NCBI RefSeq assembly: GCF_000181795.1
Contig: NW_003526944.1
Location: 4,868,479 to 4,932,478 of the forward strand
DNA: 64,000 nt
Origin: Trichinella spiralis
Taxonomy: Eukaryota
Direction: 5' to 3'
Positions within the stretch are counted from its first letter, which is position 1. Every line of letters starts with the position of its first letter. Of the stretch, positions 63,085 to 64,000 are shown in pieces. The notes beneath the pieces were generated by a model. The model was not told where the DNA came from and searched no databases. It saw nothing but the letters and a program-made list of their open reading frames with translations. The position numbers were made by a program, and so were the translations under genes.

Positions 63085-63482
63085 TGAAAATCAGCTAAAA
63101 ATATTACGCTGGTCGACCAACTTTTAAAATGCAACAAGCTGAATCGCTGTCACAAACAATGCTGTACCCAATGTAAACATTTGTTGAAAATCAAGTTTGA
63201 TTTGTTTACTGTGTTTACTTTTGACGATAATTTAAAATTTCAGATAAAAAATTAAACACAAAAATTCAGTTTATTCAAAATGATTAATTTAATAGCAAAA
63301 TATATAATACATTGAACAGATAATAATATTTACACTTGAATATATTTTTAACAAGCAACGTGATCACTTCAACAAGAAGAATTAAAATTTCAAAAAAGTG
63401 GCTGGACTAAAATTCATTATTTTACAATTTGTAAAATGAGGAAGAAATATTGCATAACTGGTTGAAAAGTACTTCATAAAAT

Positions 63483-63968
63483 TCATAATTTTCGTGTTTT
63501 CGGCAACACTGATGCAGCTTCTTCGAGCGAGTTCAGTTTTCTCATGGAATTTGTACTTTGCAACATGCTACCAGAATTCAATTCCGATGTCTTGCCGCCA
63601 TCCTGCTTTGCATACGTTGGTGCTGACGTTCCGGAGTTTTGTAGCCGTCGAATGAATGCATCGAAATCGAAAGGCGATTCAACTTGTTTGTCTATTTCAG
63701 CTTGTTGTTTCGAGCGGTTTGAAAAATTCCGGCTGTATCTGTTTTTCAATGTCGACTGCTCGAATGAGGGAAATTTCTTTGGTGCACAAGGTGTGGGCAG
63801 ACTAGCAAGATCGGGGTTGATTCCATGCGCATCTTTTTCTAAATTTATCAATCCAGCGGTATCCGAAATACACATGCTTGAAATTTCTTCGAAATCTTGT
63901 TCCGCGTCCACGGTACTTTCAAATTGATCACGTGATGAACAATATTTCGTTTTGAATTGCAACAGTTC
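63483..63968 (-). CDS. Last exon of an unidentified gene that continues beyond the window
   Basis: A 159-aa Ser-rich open frame with coding-like GC content, an acceptor AATCAG near 63969, a stop at 63483 and a downstream AATAAA at 63275-63270. Confidence 0.7.
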   Translation of the reverse strand, partial: ELLQFKTKYCSSRDQFESTVDAEQDFEEISSMCISDTAGLINLEKDAHGINPDLASLPTPCAPKKFPSFEQSTLKNRYSRNFSNRSKQQAEIDKQVESPFDFDAFIRRLQNSGTSAPTYAKQDGGKTSELNSGSMLQSTNSMRKLNSLEEAASVLPKTRKL

Positions 63969-64000
63969 CTGATTATTATTACACCGTACAATACTGCTAG

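Noticed and set aside
1..64000. CRISPR arrays, prokaryotic operons or defence systems, rRNA or full tRNA genes
   Set aside because: None seen; the sequence is spliceosomal-intron-containing eukaryotic DNA with no regularly spaced direct repeats.

Overview
Eukaryotic, AT-rich, intron-dense draft-assembly sequence with short introns and TTTCAG/TTTTAG acceptors. Gene content and style point to a clade I nematode, most likely Trichinella (inference). From 1.2 to 18.7 kb there is a tandem array of four minus-strand paralogues encoding secreted proteins with two trypsin-fold domains each; none of the eight domains has an intact catalytic triad. Next come a Na+/K+-ATPase beta subunit, an intronless 609-aa TAF1C/Rrn6-like protein, DNAJC3/P58IPK, an intronless Ly6/three-finger GPI-type protein, a putative neuropeptide precursor, a large multi-repeat cadherin, a hAT(Buster)-type transposon relic and PAPSS (gapped). 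The window ends with a compact run of six co-oriented minus-strand genes: an unknown partial gene, WBP2, ENY2, COX5B-like, MFSD8 and a C2H2 zinc-finger gene. Four N-gaps are flanked by low-quality sequence that explains most apparent frameshifts. Exon boundaries were read by eye and are approximate, and homology calls come from remembered motifs, not database searches.
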